A stretch of DNA of 64,000 nucleotides from Dehalococcoidia bacterium (GTDB lineage: Bacteria > Chloroflexota > Dehalococcoidia > Bin125): assembly GCA_965221705.1 (NCBI GenBank), contig OZ244908.1:2363913-2427912 (forward strand). Direction: 5' to 3'. Position 1 is the first letter of the stretch. Every line of letters starts with the position of its first letter. This document shows, in pieces, positions 1-9,633 of the stretch. The translations under genes were made by a program, and so were the position numbers. Under the pieces are notes generated by a model, which saw nothing but the letters and a program-made list of their open reading frames with translations, did no database searches and was not told the DNA's origin.

Positions 1-271
1 GGTCGATCGGTTCGCCATACCAACGCAAACGCAGCTTCTGCTTGAGCAGCTCGCCATCGACCGATTCCTGATACGCGTCGAGGCTGATGCTGTCGTAGTA
101 ACAGCTCGTGATCACGCCCTCCGGAAAGCGAGGATCACGGGGCAGTCGAGCGTCGAGCCAGGCTTCGATCAGCCTCGCGCGCGCCATGGGCACGGGACAC
201 TTACGCTCCTCGCGCTGGTCAGCCTCGCTGGTCGCGTCGGCGGTCGGAGCAGGTCGGGGACTCAATGCCAT
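1..271 (-). CDS. VTC/CYTH-like domain protein, N-terminal fragment; the gene runs off the left edge of the window
   Basis: Own reverse-strand translation (absent from the ORF track because no stop lies in the window): M(271..269)ALSPRPAPTADATSEADQREERKCPVPMARARLIEAWLDARLPRDPRFPEGVITSCYYDSISLDAYQESVDGELLKQKLRLRWYGEPID... The pattern E-x-K, then V-x-S-x-YYD, then K-x-R-x-R-x-Y resembles bacterial VTC-domain proteins, which are frequent neighbours of CotH genes. Start is ambiguous (ATG 271, GTG 193 or ATG 187). Confidence 0.35.
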   Translation of the reverse strand, partial: MALSPRPAPTADATSEADQREERKCPVPMARARLIEAWLDARLPRDPRFPEGVITSCYYDSISLDAYQESVDGELLKQKLRLRWYGEPID

Positions 272-277
272 GTCGAT

Positions 278-1789
278 ATGCTAAGAGCCAGCGAGCGCCT
301 CCGACTAGAGCGGCGGGCCAGACAGCGACAGGTCGAGGCGGTGCTGAACCAGCTGCGTTGGGCGAGTGGTCGGGCGCGTGGACGAGCTTCCATCGGCGCC
401 GTCGCTGCGACCGCTGCCGCTCTTGGCGTCATGATCGCCGCTGTTGTGCTGGCGATCGAAGGCGACCAGCCCGCCCCGCGCGAGCCAGCCGAGGCCGCCC
501 GCACCACGATCGGCGTCGACCAACAGCGCAGCGATCCGTTCAATGTCGTTTTCGATCTACAGACCATTCGCACCTACAACATCTTGCTCGACGATGACGA
601 ACAAGCTCAGCTAACGCGCGATCCAACGGCAGAGGTCTACGTTCGCGGCGCAGTCGAGATCGACGGCGATCGCATCGATCCAATCGGCGTGCGCTACAAG
701 GGATTCTTCGGAGTGCTGCGCGCCTGTTTCGTCGACGGACGGCAGGTCTGCCCCAAACTCTCCTGGAAGCTCAAGTTCAACGAGTACGATCCCGCGTCTC
801 GCTTCCACGGACTCAAACGTCTCAACTTCCACGCCATGAACGGCGACGAGGCGCAGATGCGTGAAGTGATCAGCTATCAAGTCTTCCGCAACGCCGGCGT
901 CATTGCGCCACGCTCAGTCTTCGCAAACCTGCAACTCAACGGCGAACCGATCGGTCTCTACACGCTGACCGAAGACATCGACGATCGCTTCATCGCCGAC
1001 CGATTCCGCGACCGCGGACGAGGCGTGCTTTACAAGGAAATCTGGCCCGGTCGTATCGACAGTCTCTGGGCCTTCCAAGTGACCCTCACCGACGCAATCG
1101 CGCGAGGCCCTCGCAACCCAGCGGGCTTGATCGAGTTCTCCGAGGCCGTCTCAGCCGCCGACGGCAACGAGGCGGTCTACGCAGCGCTGCTCGACAACCT
1201 GCAGCAGCCCGATGACCTGTTCAACTATCTGGCCGCCGATCGACTCACCGACAACTGGGACGGCATCGTCGCCTGGTACTGCGTGCCTGAATGCCTCAAT
1301 CACAACTACTTCTGGTATCAAGACGCGCTGTCGGGCAGGTTCACGTTGATCCCGTGGGATCTCGAACACAGCTGGCGCTCGCCCAGCCCGATTCGCGAGT
1401 ACTACGACATGCCCGACTGGGATGATCTGCACCGTTCCTGCCGGATGCGGAAGGTGTTCTGGGACCTTGACGCCCGCGCTCCGCATTGTGATCCAGTGCT
1501 CCACGCCTGGGCGACGCTGGGCTGGGAGCGCTACATCGACGCATCCAGAGCGCTGCTGCGGGACACGCTCTCGCTCGATCTGATGCACGAGCGAGTCGAC
1601 CAGATTGCCGCCCTGATCGGCGAGCACGTCCGCGCCGACACCCGAGGGCCGGGCCAGCGCGATTGGCAAGCGGCGGTCGTGTTGCTGCACCAGGAGATCG
1701 ACGATCGCTGGCAGTACATTGAGGCCAAGATCGACGCTTGGGACGAAAGTCAGGCCCAGCTGCGATCGGCGGAGGCAGAGTCCCAGTGA
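278..1789 (+). CDS. CotH kinase family protein with an N-terminal membrane anchor
   Basis: 503-aa ORF. Basic stretch followed by a hydrophobic helix (IGAVAATAAALGVMIAAVVLAI). The C-terminal half carries the CotH-type signature DNWDGIVAWY...NHNYFWYQD...FTLIPWDLEHSW. The start could lie further downstream. Confidence 0.7.
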   Translation: MLRASERLRLERRARQRQVEAVLNQLRWASGRARGRASIGAVAATAAALGVMIAAVVLAIEGDQPAPREPAEAARTTIGVDQQRSDPFNVVFDLQTIRTYNILLDDDEQAQLTRDPTAEVYVRGAVEIDGDRIDPIGVRYKGFFGVLRACFVDGRQVCPKLSWKLKFNEYDPASRFHGLKRLNFHAMNGDEAQMREVISYQVFRNAGVIAPRSVFANLQLNGEPIGLYTLTEDIDDRFIADRFRDRGRGVLYKEIWPGRIDSLWAFQVTLTDAIARGPRNPAGLIEFSEAVSAADGNEAVYAALLDNLQQPDDLFNYLAADRLTDNWDGIVAWYCVPECLNHNYFWYQDALSGRFTLIPWDLEHSWRSPSPIREYYDMPDWDDLHRSCRMRKVFWDLDARAPHCDPVLHAWATLGWERYIDASRALLRDTLSLDLMHERVDQIAALIGEHVRADTRGPGQRDWQAAVVLLHQEIDDRWQYIEAKIDAWDESQAQLRSAEAESQ

Positions 1790-3369
1790 CCGACCTCATC
1801 CTCCGCGGCGGCCGTCTGATCGATGGCACCGGATCGCCGGCATTCGATGCCGACGTCGCCCTTGACGGCGATCGAATCAGCGCCATCGGCGACCTCTCCG
1901 GGCTACACGCCGCTCGCGAGATTGACGCCGTTGGACTGACCATCGCTCCCGGCCTGATCGACACCCACGCCCACTCCGACGGCGTCCTACTGCGCGACCC
2001 GATCCACGCGCACGGCCTGCTCCAGGGCGTCACGACTGAGTTCATTACCCAAGATGGACTGTCATACGCGCTGCTCTCGGACGCCAACCTCGAATCGTAC
2101 GGACGCTACATCGCCGGCTTGTACGGTCCGCCGCCGAGCGGTCTCGACATGTCGTCAATGTCCGCCGCGCGCGGGCACTATGACGGCAAAGGCTGCAACG
2201 TCGCGCTGTTGGCGCCTCATGGTCCAGTCCGACTTGAGAGCGTCGGATTCGAAGATGTCCCACTGCGCGGCGGCGCCCTGTCGCGCGCCCAACGCATGCT
2301 CGAAGAAGCTATGGAACAAGGCGCGACGGGCTTGTCGACCGGCCTCTCCTACTACCCCAACTCCTACTCCGACACAGACGAGCTCGTCGCGCTCAACTCT
2401 GTCATCGCCGAGCACGACGGCGTCTATGTGACCCACATTCGCAACCACAATGACGATCGCGCGCCCGAGGGCTCAGGCATCATCGAGGCGATGAACATCG
2501 GCCGACGCAGCGGCGTCAAAGTCCACGTCTCGCACTACCGCACGCATCCCGCAAACGCCGGCCGAATCGACGAAATCATGGCCGAGGTCGACCGCGCCAA
2601 GGCCGACGGCGTCGATGTGACGCTCGAGTGTTATCCCTACGCCGCCGCCGCGACCGTGCCCGGATACTTCTTGCGCGGCGAGTGCCACGTCGGCGGCGTC
2701 GACCGGCTGCTCGAACGGCTGGGCGATCCGGCCTGGCGCGATCGTCTCGTCGACTCGCTCGAGCATCTCTTCCCCGGACGTAACGATCAGGCCGCCTGGA
2801 CCTGGATCGGCGCCGACCACCTCAAGCGCTACGAAGGTATGTCGTTCGCCGACGCCGCCGCGCAGATGGGCGTTTCGGTGTCCGAGATGACGCTCACCGT
2901 CATGCGAGAGTCCGGCTTACAGTGCGGCTTCCGCGACGGCCTACCCGCCAGCGCCTCGGTCGTCCGACAGGTCGAAGCGGACGTGATCGCGTTGCTCTCG
3001 CGCGACGACTACATGGTCGGTTCGGACGGAATCCCGTTCGATGAGGGCGTGCCGCATCCGCGCGCCTACGGGACGTTTCCGCGCGTGCTCGGCCGTCTGC
3101 GCAGACGTCTCGGCGTCTCGCTCGAGCGCCTCGTCCGAGGCATGACCTCACTGCCCGCGACGCGCTTCGGACTCACCGACCGCGGCGTCGTCGCTGAGGG
3201 GCATTACGCCGATCTGATCGCCTTCGACGCCGACACGATCATCGACACGGCCGACTTCACCGACCCGCGAACGCCGCCCGTCGGAATTCCGTACGTGGTC
3301 GTCAATGGCGAGCTGGCGGTCGACGGCGGACGCGCGACCGGCGCGCTCGCTGGCCGAGTCGTGCCGTGA
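1786..3369 (+). CDS. N-acyl-D-amino-acid deacylase (D-aminoacylase) family amidohydrolase
   Basis: VTDLILRGGRLIDGTG...DRI..IGDL...GLIDTHAHSD is a typical metal-dependent amidohydrolase N-terminus, and the C-terminus has ADLIAFD...VVVNGE. GTG 1786 overlaps the CotH stop (GTGA). GGAGG lies at 1771-1775. The track ORF begins at 1738, but that extension overlaps CotH. Confidence 0.8.
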   Translation: MTDLILRGGRLIDGTGSPAFDADVALDGDRISAIGDLSGLHAAREIDAVGLTIAPGLIDTHAHSDGVLLRDPIHAHGLLQGVTTEFITQDGLSYALLSDANLESYGRYIAGLYGPPPSGLDMSSMSAARGHYDGKGCNVALLAPHGPVRLESVGFEDVPLRGGALSRAQRMLEEAMEQGATGLSTGLSYYPNSYSDTDELVALNSVIAEHDGVYVTHIRNHNDDRAPEGSGIIEAMNIGRRSGVKVHVSHYRTHPANAGRIDEIMAEVDRAKADGVDVTLECYPYAAAATVPGYFLRGECHVGGVDRLLERLGDPAWRDRLVDSLEHLFPGRNDQAAWTWIGADHLKRYEGMSFADAAAQMGVSVSEMTLTVMRESGLQCGFRDGLPASASVVRQVEADVIALLSRDDYMVGSDGIPFDEGVPHPRAYGTFPRVLGRLRRRLGVSLERLVRGMTSLPATRFGLTDRGVVAEGHYADLIAFDADTIIDTADFTDPRTPPVGIPYVVVNGELAVDGGRATGALAGRVVP

Positions 3370-3376
3370 TGCCGCG

Positions 3377-4648
3377 CTACTCGACGACGCCGTCGATCAT
3401 CAACTGTTGGAACTCGGCCTCGCTGTAGCCGCAGAGCTCGCGGTAGACGTACTCGGAGTCCTCGCCCAACAGCGGCGATCGTCGCGGCATCGGCGGCGGC
3501 GTGTGGCTCAGCCGCCAGGCCGGACTCTCGTACGACATCTTCCCGATCACCGGATGCTCGCTCGACCACCAGTGCTCGCGATGCGCCAGCTGCGGATCAA
3601 GGTGCGCGTCCTGCACCGTCGAGGCGCGGTGCGCCGCCACGCCGACCGATTGCAGCGTCTGCTCAATCTCATCGACGCAGCGCTCAACCGTCCAGGCGCC
3701 GATCGCTTCGTCGAGCATGTCCTGCGCCGAGAGACGGCCCGCCGCATCGCAGAGCTCTACAGATTCCAGCCAGTCCTCGCGACCAATCGCTTTCGCCAGC
3801 GCCCGCCATTGCTCATCCGTCGTTACGGCGATCGCGACCCAACGATCGCCGCCTCGATCGTCTTCGGCGCAGGGATACACCCCGTGCGGCGCGTGTCGCG
3901 GGTCGCGATTGCCGAGCGGCGCGGCGACGCGCCCCGTGTTGGCCGCGTCGATCACCCCGGCGTCGAGCACGAGCGTCGACGCCTCGAACTGCGAGAGATC
4001 GATGTACTGCCCCTCGCCGCTGCGTCGACGATGATCTAGCGCCGCGAGCATGCCAATGATCGCCACATGCGTCGCAACCCAGTCGGTGTAGGCGACGCCC
4101 GTCCCAACCGGCGTCCGATCGGGCCAGCCTGTCACGCCCGTGACGCCGGCGGTCGCCTGCAGCGTCAGTCCGAACCCGCGAAATCCCGCGTGCGGCCCCG
4201 TCTGACCCTCCATCGACATCGAGCACATGATCACGTCCGGCTTGATCCGACGCACGGCCTCGTAGTCCAGGCCGATGCGCTGCATGAATCCGGGCGCGAA
4301 CGACTCAGTCACGATGTCGGCGCTTGCGATCAGGCGCTTGGCCACCTCCGCGCCGCGCGGATGCGCGAGATTGATCGCCGCCGATCGCTTGCCGCGATTG
4401 AACTTGGCGAAGTACGCCGACGCGTCGAGTGATCCGTCGCCCGACGGTCGAGGCCCGCCTGAACGAAACGTATCGGGCCGATGCGACGACTCGACGCGAA
4501 TCACTTCCGCGCCGTGGAACGCCATCTGCATCGTCGCGTTCGGTCCCACGCCGACCCAGGCGAAGTCTGCGATCCGTATTCCCTCGAATACGCGAGCGCC
4601 CGGACTGAGTGGGCTGACCAGATTCGACTGACTGTGTGGTTCGCTCAT
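3377..4648 (-). CDS. Family III CoA-transferase (CaiB/BaiF-like)
   Basis: 423 aa. GIRIADFAWVGVGPNATMQMAFHGAEVIRVES...RGKRS matches the layout of the CoA_transf_3 family. Confidence 0.85.
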   Translation of the reverse strand: MSEPHSQSNLVSPLSPGARVFEGIRIADFAWVGVGPNATMQMAFHGAEVIRVESSHRPDTFRSGGPRPSGDGSLDASAYFAKFNRGKRSAAINLAHPRGAEVAKRLIASADIVTESFAPGFMQRIGLDYEAVRRIKPDVIMCSMSMEGQTGPHAGFRGFGLTLQATAGVTGVTGWPDRTPVGTGVAYTDWVATHVAIIGMLAALDHRRRSGEGQYIDLSQFEASTLVLDAGVIDAANTGRVAAPLGNRDPRHAPHGVYPCAEDDRGGDRWVAIAVTTDEQWRALAKAIGREDWLESVELCDAAGRLSAQDMLDEAIGAWTVERCVDEIEQTLQSVGVAAHRASTVQDAHLDPQLAHREHWWSSEHPVIGKMSYESPAWRLSHTPPPMPRRSPLLGEDSEYVYRELCGYSEAEFQQLMIDGVVE

Positions 4649-4691
4649 CGGTATCTTCGCGGCGATCTCAGCGTCCTGTTCAGAATCCTCG

Positions 4692-5483
4692 TTAGCGTCG
4701 CTGATATGCGGGCGGCCGCTTCTCGCGAAACGCCCGTGCGCCCTCGCCCGCGTCGATTGAGTTGCGCAGCCAGGACTGATTCAGTTCCTCCAGTTGCGCC
4801 TGCTGGGTCGCATTGTTGTTGAGCGCGGCGTAGATCGCGCGCTTGGTCAGCGCCGTCGCCCAGGGCGCGTTGCCCGCCAGACGCTCGGCCAGCGCCAGCG
4901 CCTCGGACAAGAGTTCCTCGTGCGCAACGACGCGGTTGGCGATACCCAACTCAAGCGCGCGATCTGCGTCGATCGGATCGGCGTTCCAGAACAGCTCCAG
5001 CGCGCGCGAGTGTCCCACGAGGCGCGTCAACGTCCACGACGCCGCCCAGTCAGGAGCGAGCCCAATCCGAATGAAGGCCGGATGAAAGCGCGCCCGATCG
5101 GACATCAAGCGAATGTCGCAGGACAACGCGATCGCGAACCCCGCGCCCGCAGCGGCGCCGTTGACGGCCGCGATCACGGGGATCTCGAGCTGCTGCAGCT
5201 CCGCCGCGAAGCCATAGCGCAGCTCAGTCGACGCGAGACCAGGCTGCGCCTCCGCCGCAACGCGCTCGTCGCGATTCGACAGGTCAGCGCCCGAGCAGAA
5301 ACCGCGTCCCGCGCCCGTGATCACGAGCGCGCGCACATCCGGATCGGCGCGCAGTTCAGCCGCCATCTCGCGCAGTCCTTCGCGGATTCGCGGCGAGAGC
5401 GCGTTCAGCACCTCGGGACGATTCAGCGTCGCCAGCACGACGCCGTGATCACGGCGCTCGATCAGCAAATGGTCTTCACTCAT
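4692..5483 (-). CDS. Enoyl-CoA hydratase/isomerase (crotonase) family protein
   Basis: VVLATLNRPEVLNAL...VITGAGRGFCSGADL...IAAVNGAAAGAGFAIALSCD. I prefer ATG 5483 because GAAGGAGG sits 7 nt upstream (reverse complement of 5491-5498). The track start at 5507 is a TTG that overlaps the upstream gene. Confidence 0.85.
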   Translation of the reverse strand: MSEDHLLIERRDHGVVLATLNRPEVLNALSPRIREGLREMAAELRADPDVRALVITGAGRGFCSGADLSNRDERVAAEAQPGLASTELRYGFAAELQQLEIPVIAAVNGAAAGAGFAIALSCDIRLMSDRARFHPAFIRIGLAPDWAASWTLTRLVGHSRALELFWNADPIDADRALELGIANRVVAHEELLSEALALAERLAGNAPWATALTKRAIYAALNNNATQQAQLEELNQSWLRNSIDAGEGARAFREKRPPAYQRR

Positions 5484-5496
5484 TGGTTTGCCTCCT

Positions 5497-6648
5497 TCAA
5501 GACTCAAGGGCGGGGGCCGGTCGCGTTCGCCACGGTGTCGCCGACAGCTTCAGCGGCGCGCCTGGGACGCGCAAGCGGCCGAGCGCCGGATCTTCGACCT
5601 CGTCGAAAAACTCACGCGCCGCCAACTGCGGGCTGTCGACAATGTCCTGCATCGTGTTGACCGGGCAGATCATGACGTGATGACGCTGTCCAGACTCATA
5701 CAACGCCTGCGCGCCGCGCAACGCGAAGAACGCCTCTATCTCCGACTCCAGCTCTTCGATCTCCGCATCTGAGGGCAGATTGTCTCCAGCAATCGAGATG
5801 CCCGACCAACGCTCTGCGTCGAACCGTGGTTGCGCGCCCTCAGCCGTCATCCAGGTATGCAACCGGATCATCGACGCGGGCACGCGGACAAACGCGACGT
5901 AGCCGTCGGCGCAGGGATAGATGATTCGCGTCGCGCGATCGGCAAACGCGCGCGCTCCGCCGGCGCGCTCGGTGATGATGCCGTCCATCTCGTAGTACAG
6001 GCGCGCATTGCCAAGCGTGTTGGCCATCGCCGCCTGCATCGACACATCGACGTGCTGTCCGCGGCCAGTCAGATGTCGTGCATGGAGCGCGATCATCGCC
6101 GCCGAACCCGCATTCAGCGCCGTGATGTTGTACGCCTGCTCAACCGATGGACGCAATGGCGCTCGGTCAGGCTCGCCGCACAGCGAGCTCAGCCCGCCTG
6201 ACACGTGCCCAATCAGATCTGACGCCGCCCAGAGTGACTTCGGCCCCGTCTGTCCAAACGGCGTGATCGAGACATAGATCAACTGAGGCGCGCGCTCGCG
6301 CAGATCGTCGTAGCCAAGCCCACGACTCGCCATTGCGCCAGGCGCGTACGACTCAAACAGAAAATCAGCTGTCTCGCATAGCTCGCGCAATTGTTCGCGA
6401 TCTGACTCGTCATCGATGTCGAGCGTCAACGACCGCTTACCAGCGTTCATTTGCGCCCAATAGAGCGACGAGTCGTCATCGTCGCGCAGCATCGGACCGC
6501 GGCGGCGCGTCGGATGACCGCCTGGCGGTTCGACGCGAATCACATCCACGCCCAGACCGGCCAGCGCCATCGTCGACAGCGCGCCGATCTCGGCGGTCAG
6601 ATCGATCGCGCTGTAGGGGCTCAGCGCTGACGCTGTGCGCTCTGACAT
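5497..6648 (-). CDS. Family III CoA-transferase (CaiB/BaiF-like), second paralogue
   Basis: 383 aa. IDLTAEIGALSTMALAGLGVDVIRVEPPGG...NAGKRS. Same architecture as 3377..4648. Confidence 0.85.
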   Translation of the reverse strand: MSERTASALSPYSAIDLTAEIGALSTMALAGLGVDVIRVEPPGGHPTRRRGPMLRDDDDSSLYWAQMNAGKRSLTLDIDDESDREQLRELCETADFLFESYAPGAMASRGLGYDDLRERAPQLIYVSITPFGQTGPKSLWAASDLIGHVSGGLSSLCGEPDRAPLRPSVEQAYNITALNAGSAAMIALHARHLTGRGQHVDVSMQAAMANTLGNARLYYEMDGIITERAGGARAFADRATRIIYPCADGYVAFVRVPASMIRLHTWMTAEGAQPRFDAERWSGISIAGDNLPSDAEIEELESEIEAFFALRGAQALYESGQRHHVMICPVNTMQDIVDSPQLAAREFFDEVEDPALGRLRVPGAPLKLSATPWRTRPAPALES

Positions 6649-6723
6649 ACCCAGTAAGGTACGACAGGTGCGGGGCGGTCGTTCGGTGTATATTCGCTCT
6701 TTCGCAACGAACAGGATGGCGAC

Positions 6724-7797
6724 GTGAGTTCCTCGGCCTCCGGATCAGCGATCCGGGCAGCGATCATCAACGTGACCGGTTACGTCGGCGCAGAGCTGGC
6801 CCGCCTGCTCGACCAGCACCCGGCGGTCGAAATCGTGAGCGTCACCGGCCGATCCGAAGTCGGCAATCGCTTGCCCGAGGTCTTCCCGCATCTCTGGTCG
6901 GTCGACCTACCGATCGAGGCCGACGTACCTGAGGACATCGACGTGGTCTTCTCGGCCTTGCCGCACGCCGCCGCCGCCGAACGACTCGCGCCATTCGTCG
7001 AGCGCGGCGTGCCGGTCGTCGACGCATCGGCCGACTTTCGTCTCTACGACGAAGACACGTACGAACGCTGGTACGGCGAACATCCCACGCCGCAGCTGCT
7101 CAGACAATCGGTCTACGGCCTGCCCGAGCTGCATCGCGACGCCATCGCCGAATCGCGACTGGTCGGCGTGCCTGGCTGCTACCCCACCTCAGCCATCCTC
7201 GCGCTGGCGCCATTGGCCGCCGAAGGATGGCTGGAGGGACGCACCGTGGTCGACGCCAAGTCGGGCGTCTCTGGCGCCGGTCGCGCGCTCAAGTTGACCT
7301 CGCACTTCTCCGAAGTCGACTCCAACTTCTCCGCTTACGGACTCTCCGGACACCGACATCATCCCGAGATGGTGCAAGAACTCTCGACGCTGCAAGATTC
7401 CGCGCCCGGCGACGCCGAGCTGAGCGTCACGTTCGTGCCCCACCTCGTGCCGATGACCCGCGGCATTCTGGCGACCTGCTACCCCTCCGTTGCGGACGAC
7501 GCCCTGCCCCAACATGCTGAAGCGCGCGTCGACGCATTGCGTGAGCTCTACTCGAGCTACTACGAGGACGCGCCGTTCGTACACGTCGGTCAGAGCGCGC
7601 CCTCGACCAAACAGACGCTGGGCGCAAACACCTGCATCGTCTATCCGACCGTCGATCCACTTACCGGCGAAGTGACCGTGATCAGCGCCATCGACAATCT
7701 GGTCAAGGGCGCGGCCGGCGGCGCTGTGCAGTGCTTCAACCTCATGTTCGGCCTGCCCGAGGAGCTCGGTCTGAGCAAAATCGGAGTCTATCCATGA
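6724..7797 (+). CDS. argC: N-acetyl-gamma-glutamyl-phosphate reductase
   Basis: AIINVTGYVGAELARLL..., active-site region VGVPGCYPTSAILAL, C-terminal DNLVKGAAGGAVQCFNLMFG. Confidence 0.92.
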   Translation: MSSSASGSAIRAAIINVTGYVGAELARLLDQHPAVEIVSVTGRSEVGNRLPEVFPHLWSVDLPIEADVPEDIDVVFSALPHAAAAERLAPFVERGVPVVDASADFRLYDEDTYERWYGEHPTPQLLRQSVYGLPELHRDAIAESRLVGVPGCYPTSAILALAPLAAEGWLEGRTVVDAKSGVSGAGRALKLTSHFSEVDSNFSAYGLSGHRHHPEMVQELSTLQDSAPGDAELSVTFVPHLVPMTRGILATCYPSVADDALPQHAEARVDALRELYSSYYEDAPFVHVGQSAPSTKQTLGANTCIVYPTVDPLTGEVTVISAIDNLVKGAAGGAVQCFNLMFGLPEELGLSKIGVYP

Positions 7798-9005
7798 CCG
7801 CTGACGCTCTGGGCGCAAATGAGTTCGCGGTTGGCGCGGTCACTCGGCCTCGCGGATTCTCCGCCTGCGGCGGAACGGCTGGGATCAAGGAATCAGGCCT
7901 GCCCGACCTCGCGTTTCTTGTCTCCGATCGACCAGCGACCGCTGCCGCCGTGTACACGCAGAATCAGACGACGGCTGCGCCAGTCCATGTCAGCCGAACC
8001 CACACCGCCAACGGCGAGCTGCGCGCGGCGATCGTCAACTCGGGCAACGCCAACTGCGCCACTGGCGCGCAGGGCCTCGCCGATGCGCGGGAGATGACGC
8101 AGCTGGCCGCCACGCTCGTCGGTTGCGAAGCCGAGGACGTGTTCGTCAACTCGACCGGCATCATCGGCCACTATCTGCCAATGGATCTCCTGCGCCGAGG
8201 CATCCCCAAACTCACCCCGACCAACGCAGGCGGCGCTGACTTCGCGCGCGCCATCATGACTACTGACACATTCGTCAAAGAGGCGCTGGTCGAGATCGAA
8301 ATCGACGGCGTCGGTTACTCAATCGGCGGCTGCGCCAAAGGCGCCGGCATGATCCATCCCGACATGGCTACGATGCTGGCCTTCTTCACTACCGATGCGC
8401 CAGTCGCTCAAACCGACCTCGACGCGGCCTTCCGCTACGCCATCGACCGCTCGATCAACATGGTCACCGTCGACGGCGATACGTCGACCAATGACTCGGC
8501 CGTCATCCTCGCCAACGGCGCCGCCGGCGGCGATCCGCTCTCGGGCGAGGCGTTGGATTCCTTTCGCGCCGCCTTGACCGACGTCGCCTCGACCCTGGCC
8601 AAGATGATCGCTCGCGACGGTGAGGGCGCGACCAAGCGAATCGCCATGACGGTCTCCGGCGCCAAGACATGGGAGGACGCCCGCGACGTGGCCCGCACTG
8701 TGGTCGTCTCTCCACTGCTCAAGGCTGCGCTGAGCAAGTACGACCCCAATTGGGGTCGCATCCTGATGGCCGCCGGCCGCGCAGGCGTGCCATATGACCT
8801 TGACCGGGTGCAAGTCTGGATCGCCGACCTCTGCGTCTTCGACGGCACGGCGACCGACGTGTCGGACGAAGAGGCCTCAGCCAAGACCCAAGGCGAGGAG
8901 GTCTTCCTGCGCGTGGATTTGGGCCAGGGAGACGCAGAGGCGACCGCCTGGGGCTGCGACCTGACAGAAGAGTACGTCCGCTTCAACGCTGACTACGTCA
9001 CGTAG
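7794..9005 (+). CDS. argJ: Bifunctional glutamate N-acetyltransferase / amino-acid acetyltransferase
   Basis: GFSACGGTAGIK..., autoprocessing motif GMIHPDMATMLAFFTTDA, C-terminal EYVRFNADY. ATG 7794 overlaps the argC stop (ATGA). Confidence 0.92.
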   Translation: MTADALGANEFAVGAVTRPRGFSACGGTAGIKESGLPDLAFLVSDRPATAAAVYTQNQTTAAPVHVSRTHTANGELRAAIVNSGNANCATGAQGLADAREMTQLAATLVGCEAEDVFVNSTGIIGHYLPMDLLRRGIPKLTPTNAGGADFARAIMTTDTFVKEALVEIEIDGVGYSIGGCAKGAGMIHPDMATMLAFFTTDAPVAQTDLDAAFRYAIDRSINMVTVDGDTSTNDSAVILANGAAGGDPLSGEALDSFRAALTDVASTLAKMIARDGEGATKRIAMTVSGAKTWEDARDVARTVVVSPLLKAALSKYDPNWGRILMAAGRAGVPYDLDRVQVWIADLCVFDGTATDVSDEEASAKTQGEEVFLRVDLGQGDAEATAWGCDLTEEYVRFNADYVT

Positions 9006-9035
9006 TCACTCTTGACTGTCTTGTTGAGTCGTACC

Positions 9036-9404
9036 ATGGCTGGAGTGGATAGAGAGGCAGTCGTGGACAAGGAACACAGCAAGGTCTGGACGATTCTGGG
9101 ACTGGCTCAATCCTCCAGGCCGCCCGTTCAGGTCGGCGACAACTTGTATGACGCCAACACTTGGGACGAGATTCAGAGACGCGTCAAGGCCTCGTCGAAT
9201 GGCGAAGACGGCGTCATGTCAGACAGAGATTTCATGCTTGCACTCGGAATGACGGCGGAACGGCTCATCGAGCACACTGGATTGACCGACGACGAGATCA
9301 AGCATCACTTTGGCTTCAGCCGCAACGAGCTGGTGGAGTCGCTCGACCTACCAACCGAGGAGGAAGTACTCGACTTCTCTGGACAGCATGCCGTTCAGGA
9401 TTGA
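9036..9404 (+). CDS. Hypothetical protein, candidate antitoxin partner of the downstream RelE/ParE-like gene; family not recognised
   Basis: The ORF overlaps the downstream toxin-like ORF by 17 nt and has an acidic C-terminal part (LDLPTEEEVLDF). Start is ambiguous: TTG 9012, ATG 9036, or ATG 9216 (which would give 62 aa). The local sequence has lower G+C than its flanks. Confidence 0.35.
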   Translation: MAGVDREAVVDKEHSKVWTILGLAQSSRPPVQVGDNLYDANTWDEIQRRVKASSNGEDGVMSDRDFMLALGMTAERLIEHTGLTDDEIKHHFGFSRNELVESLDLPTEEEVLDFSGQHAVQD

Positions 9405-9633
9405 CTGGACCAACGAAGCACGCAACGACTTTCTCAACTTGTCGCCTAGGGACCAGGTGTTTGTTCGGATGGTCGTTGGCAGTTTTCGACACGACCGATG
9501 GCTCGAGGGGCGACCTCATGGCCAGCTAGCCAACAAGGAAGCAGAGTTGAGGGAACTGCAATACGAGCACGTTCGGCGCGTGTATGAACTGGATCGGCAT
9601 AACGAGACGGTCACGATCAGACAAGTCGTCTGA
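9388..9633 (+). CDS. RelE/ParE-superfamily-like type II toxin
   Basis: 81 aa from ATG 9388: MPFRIDWTNEARNDFLNLSPRDQ...RELQYEHVRRVYELDRHNETVTIRQVV. This fits the usual RelE/ParE layout: (x)I.wT..A..D...L at the N-terminus and a YR..Y.....V.I..V-type beta-hairpin at the C-terminus. Gene size and the overlap with a small upstream ORF are typical of TA modules. Confidence 0.5.
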   Translation: MPFRIDWTNEARNDFLNLSPRDQVFVRMVVGSFRHDRWLEGRPHGQLANKEAELRELQYEHVRRVYELDRHNETVTIRQVV

